Assembly: GCA_964016885.1 (NCBI GenBank)
Contig: OZ024760.1
Coordinates: forward strand, 27,466,001-27,530,000
Reading direction: 5' to 3'
Source of the DNA: Eledone cirrhosa
Taxonomy: Eukaryota
Length of the DNA stretch: 64,000 bases
In this document: positions 61,418 to 64,000 of the stretch, one piece after another
How the letters are laid out: each line of letters begins with the position of its first letter
How positions within the stretch are numbered: position 1 is the first letter of the stretch
Translations under genes and position numbers: made by a program
Notes under the pieces: model-generated
What the model was told of the DNA's origin: nothing
What the model saw: the letters and a program-made list of their open reading frames with translations, nothing else
Databases searched by the model: none

Positions 61418-64000
61418 ATGGCCATAAGAGTAGGAAGTTTGAATGTTCGTGGCCTGGGGTCGCCCTGGAAGCAAGGTCACTTGCTCAACGACCTCAGGTC
61501 ACTAGGAATGGATGTAATTGCCATCAGCGAGACCAGAATTTCCGACACACGCGCACTGGCGCCGATTTTCGACGATTATCAGATCTTTGCATCTGTTAGT
61601 CGGCCGGGAATGGGAGGTGGAGTGGCTGTGCTGTTTAGGAAATGTCTGGATCTCGAGGTAAGGTCAATCTTCCGGGATCCTGACGGAAAGTTGGTGGTCC
61701 TGGACGTGAGCAATAGCGAAGGTGGTGCCTTTAGACTGGTGGCCGTCTACGCCCCTACTGGGGCCGGTCGGCCGGACTTCTTTAGGCGCCTGGAAAACTT
61801 TCTGCTTACGTCTCGCCCTTTACTGTTAATAGGGGATTGGAATGGCATCTTAGAAGCACGCTGGGATTGTGTGGGAGTATCTGATAGGAGCGGGGGGTGC
61901 AAAAGCCTCAAGTACCTGATCAGCCAGTTTCAACTGTCTGACAGGTACCGACTAGATTTCCCTAATGCGCCAGTATGGACCTGGACCAATCGCATAGGGT
62001 CATCTAGATCGTACATAGATAGGATTTTCATTAGGAAAAGAGATAGAAATAGTGTAGGATGTCCACATTTTAAAACGGTTGCCTATTCAGATCACAAGCT
62101 TGTGATCTGTATGGTCGACCTAGATAAGACACGTAGGTTAGGACCTAGCTACTGGAAGCTAAACATGTCGTTTCCGGCACGTAAAGCTTACAGGGACCGG
62201 GTCAACAACTTAGTTAAGCAAAAGTTGACAGGGGGGGTTGTCAACAACAGGTGGTGGGGGGCACTCAAAAGAGAGATTAGAGCAACCTCGATAGGATTTA
62301 GCAAAGAAGTAGCAATAGAGAAAAATAGAAAGGAGGAGGGGCTGATAGCTAAGTTAGACGAGGCTATTTGTAGTGGCATTGCAACAGACGTGCTAGCGGC
62401 GAGAATGGCACTAGACCATTTCTTCAATGCGAAACACGAAGGTTGCATTGTCAGAGCTAAGGCGCGTGCTCTGAGGAACGAGGGAAGCAAAGCTGCCCGA
62501 TGGGCTCGCTTTGCAGAGACGCAGCGTGGAAATAAAACCACAATTCGGTCTTTGACGGATCGAGATGGACACGAACTGAGCGATTCCAAGCAGATGTGTG
62601 AGGCCTTTCGCCAGCACTTTGCTCGATTGTTCGGGAGGATGGGTGAGTCGGAGACGGCGGCGGACTTCAGTCCCTACCTCGACGGCTTGCCACGCCTCTC
62701 GACGGCCGACGCTGAGCGCTGCGAAGAGCCGATAACATCAGCCGAAATTCAGGACGCCCTTGTCGGCTGCTCGAGTCGCAAGTCACCCGGTTTGGATGGT
62801 CTGCCCTACGAGCTTTACGTAAATATGCCAGACTTGTTCTCCGATCTCCTCGAAGCGCTCTACTGCAACTGGCAGCAGAACGGGAGCATTCCCAGTTCTG
62901 TGAGCCGTGGCGTAGTGACGCTGATAAGGAAAGACGAGAACAAGAGGGACACACTAGATAATTTCAGGCCCATAACCCTGCTCAACACAGAGTTTAAGAT
63001 TTTGGCCAAGGTGTTAGCGAAAAGGTTGGCGCTTGTCGTCAAAGATTTGGTTGGGGAGGCGCAAACTTGCGCAATCCCGACCAGGTCCATACACGACAAC
63101 CTCCACCTCATGCGATACATTATAGAGAGGGTTGGGTGCAAACCTGGCTTCGGTGGGGCTCTGATCAATTTAGATCAATCGAAAGCATTCGATAGGGTCG
63201 ACCATCGGTACTTGGAGGCTGTCCTCGAGGCGGCTGGCTTCGGCCCCGTCTTCAGAAGCTGGATCGCTGCAATGTACAACGGCATCCGCTCGGTGGTCAA
63301 AGTTAATGGCCACCTCTCGGAACCGTTTCAGATCTCTCGATCGGTCCGTCAAGGGTGCCCTCTCTCCTCACTTCTGTACGTATTGACTCTTGAGCCTCTA
63401 CTGCGGAAGCTGGAGTTGTTGCAGGGCATCCCGCTCGAACCGGGACGTAGAAAGGCTGCGTCCGCTTATGCGGACGACATCACCGTGATGGTGTCGGACA
63501 CCTCGGAAATCGAGGTGATCCGCACCCATTTGGAGGAATATGAAAGGTTGACGGGAGCAAAACTTAACCCGGAAAAGTCGGTGGGCTTGCAGCTCGGCAC
63601 CTGGAGAGGCAAGTCCATGCCGTCCAACAGCGTCGTTGGGCGCTGGACAGACGGACCGGTAAAGTTGCTCGGGGTTTGGTTCGGACCAGACCTCCAGGTG
63701 GATAAGAATTGGGACGAGGTGACGAGCAGGATAGCCAACCTCACCCAGAAATGGGCTGAGAGAAAGCTATCACTGAAAGGGCGGGCGGAGGTGGCGAACG
63801 CGTACATCGCGTCCGTCATCTACTACCGCCTGACCGTCGTGCCTTGCCCCCGTCCACGCCTCGCCAATTTGGAACGGCTCCTTTTCAAATTTTTGTGGAG
63901 GGGACGCGTCCCGTTGGTGAGGCGGTCCATCTGCTGCCAGCACCCTCTTCGTGGAGGGCTGGGCATGCCGTGGCTAATGATGCGCAGACATGCGCTGAGG
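61418..64000 (+). CDS. LINE ORF2: APE endonuclease plus reverse transcriptase (partial, no stop in window)
   Basis: SLNVRGL, ISETR, VYAP, GDWN, YIDRIF, SDH, YWKLN, KSPGLDGLPYELY, NFRPITLLNTEFKILAK, DQSKAFDRVDH, VRQGCPLS, AYADD. Confidence 0.95.
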   Translation, partial: MAIRVGSLNVRGLGSPWKQGHLLNDLRSLGMDVIAISETRISDTRALAPIFDDYQIFASVSRPGMGGGVAVLFRKCLDLEVRSIFRDPDGKLVVLDVSNSEGGAFRLVAVYAPTGAGRPDFFRRLENFLLTSRPLLLIGDWNGILEARWDCVGVSDRSGGCKSLKYLISQFQLSDRYRLDFPNAPVWTWTNRIGSSRSYIDRIFIRKRDRNSVGCPHFKTVAYSDHKLVICMVDLDKTRRLGPSYWKLNMSFPARKAYRDRVNNLVKQKLTGGVVNNRWWGALKREIRATSIGFSKEVAIEKNRKEEGLIAKLDEAICSGIATDVLAARMALDHFFNAKHEGCIVRAKARALRNEGSKAARWARFAETQRGNKTTIRSLTDRDGHELSDSKQMCEAFRQHFARLFGRMGESETAADFSPYLDGLPRLSTADAERCEEPITSAEIQDALVGCSSRKSPGLDGLPYELYVNMPDLFSDLLEALYCNWQQNGSIPSSVSRGVVTLIRKDENKRDTLDNFRPITLLNTEFKILAKVLAKRLALVVKDLVGEAQTCAIPTRSIHDNLHLMRYIIERVGCKPGFGGALINLDQSKAFDRVDHRYLEAVLEAAGFGPVFRSWIAAMYNGIRSVVKVNGHLSEPFQISRSVRQGCPLSSLLYVLTLEPLLRKLELLQGIPLEPGRRKAASAYADDITVMVSDTSEIEVIRTHLEEYERLTGAKLNPEKSVGLQLGTWRGKSMPSNSVVGRWTDGPVKLLGVWFGPDLQVDKNWDEVTSRIANLTQKWAERKLSLKGRAEVANAYIASVIYYRLTVVPCPRPRLANLERLLFKFLWRGRVPLVRRSICCQHPLRGGLGMPWLMMRRHALR

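Larger units (their letters stand above)
59269..64000 (+). mobile_element. Tx1/L1-clade non-LTR retrotransposon, apparently intact, runs off the window
   Basis: 5' UTR after (ATT)n and two large ORFs. Confidence 0.9.

Noticed and set aside
59468-63819. Antisense and alternate-frame ORFs within the Tx1-like LINE
   Set aside because: Shadow ORFs of GC-rich coding sequence with no motifs

Overview
Eukaryotic, repeat-saturated intergenic or intronic DNA with no recognisable host gene. The giant (TA)n/(TATACA)n arrays, Meta-type tRNA-derived SINEs and the mix of RTE, R4 and Penelope elements suggest an octopus-like cephalopod (inference, not searched). Most long ORFs in the track are microsatellite artefacts, and all real coding sequence is transposon-derived. 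It comprises several Penelope-like element (PLE) remnants (one nearly full length on the minus strand, 20725-24200), RTE-clade fragments, three R4/Dong-like RLE-LINE fragments, a DD37D/maT transposase fragment, and an apparently intact Tx1/L1-clade LINE (ORF1 59478-61388; ORF2 from 61418, open to the window end). The most notable unannotated signal is 11 minimal type I hammerhead ribozyme motifs, plus a few partial ones. Two pairs sit in small non-coding fold-back units carrying mirror-image hammerheads, next to (TA)n. Other signals are recurrent tail-to-tail R4/RTE-derivative composites, an HDV-like fold candidate, and satellites with higher-order structure. All RNA folds were read by eye and none was computed.
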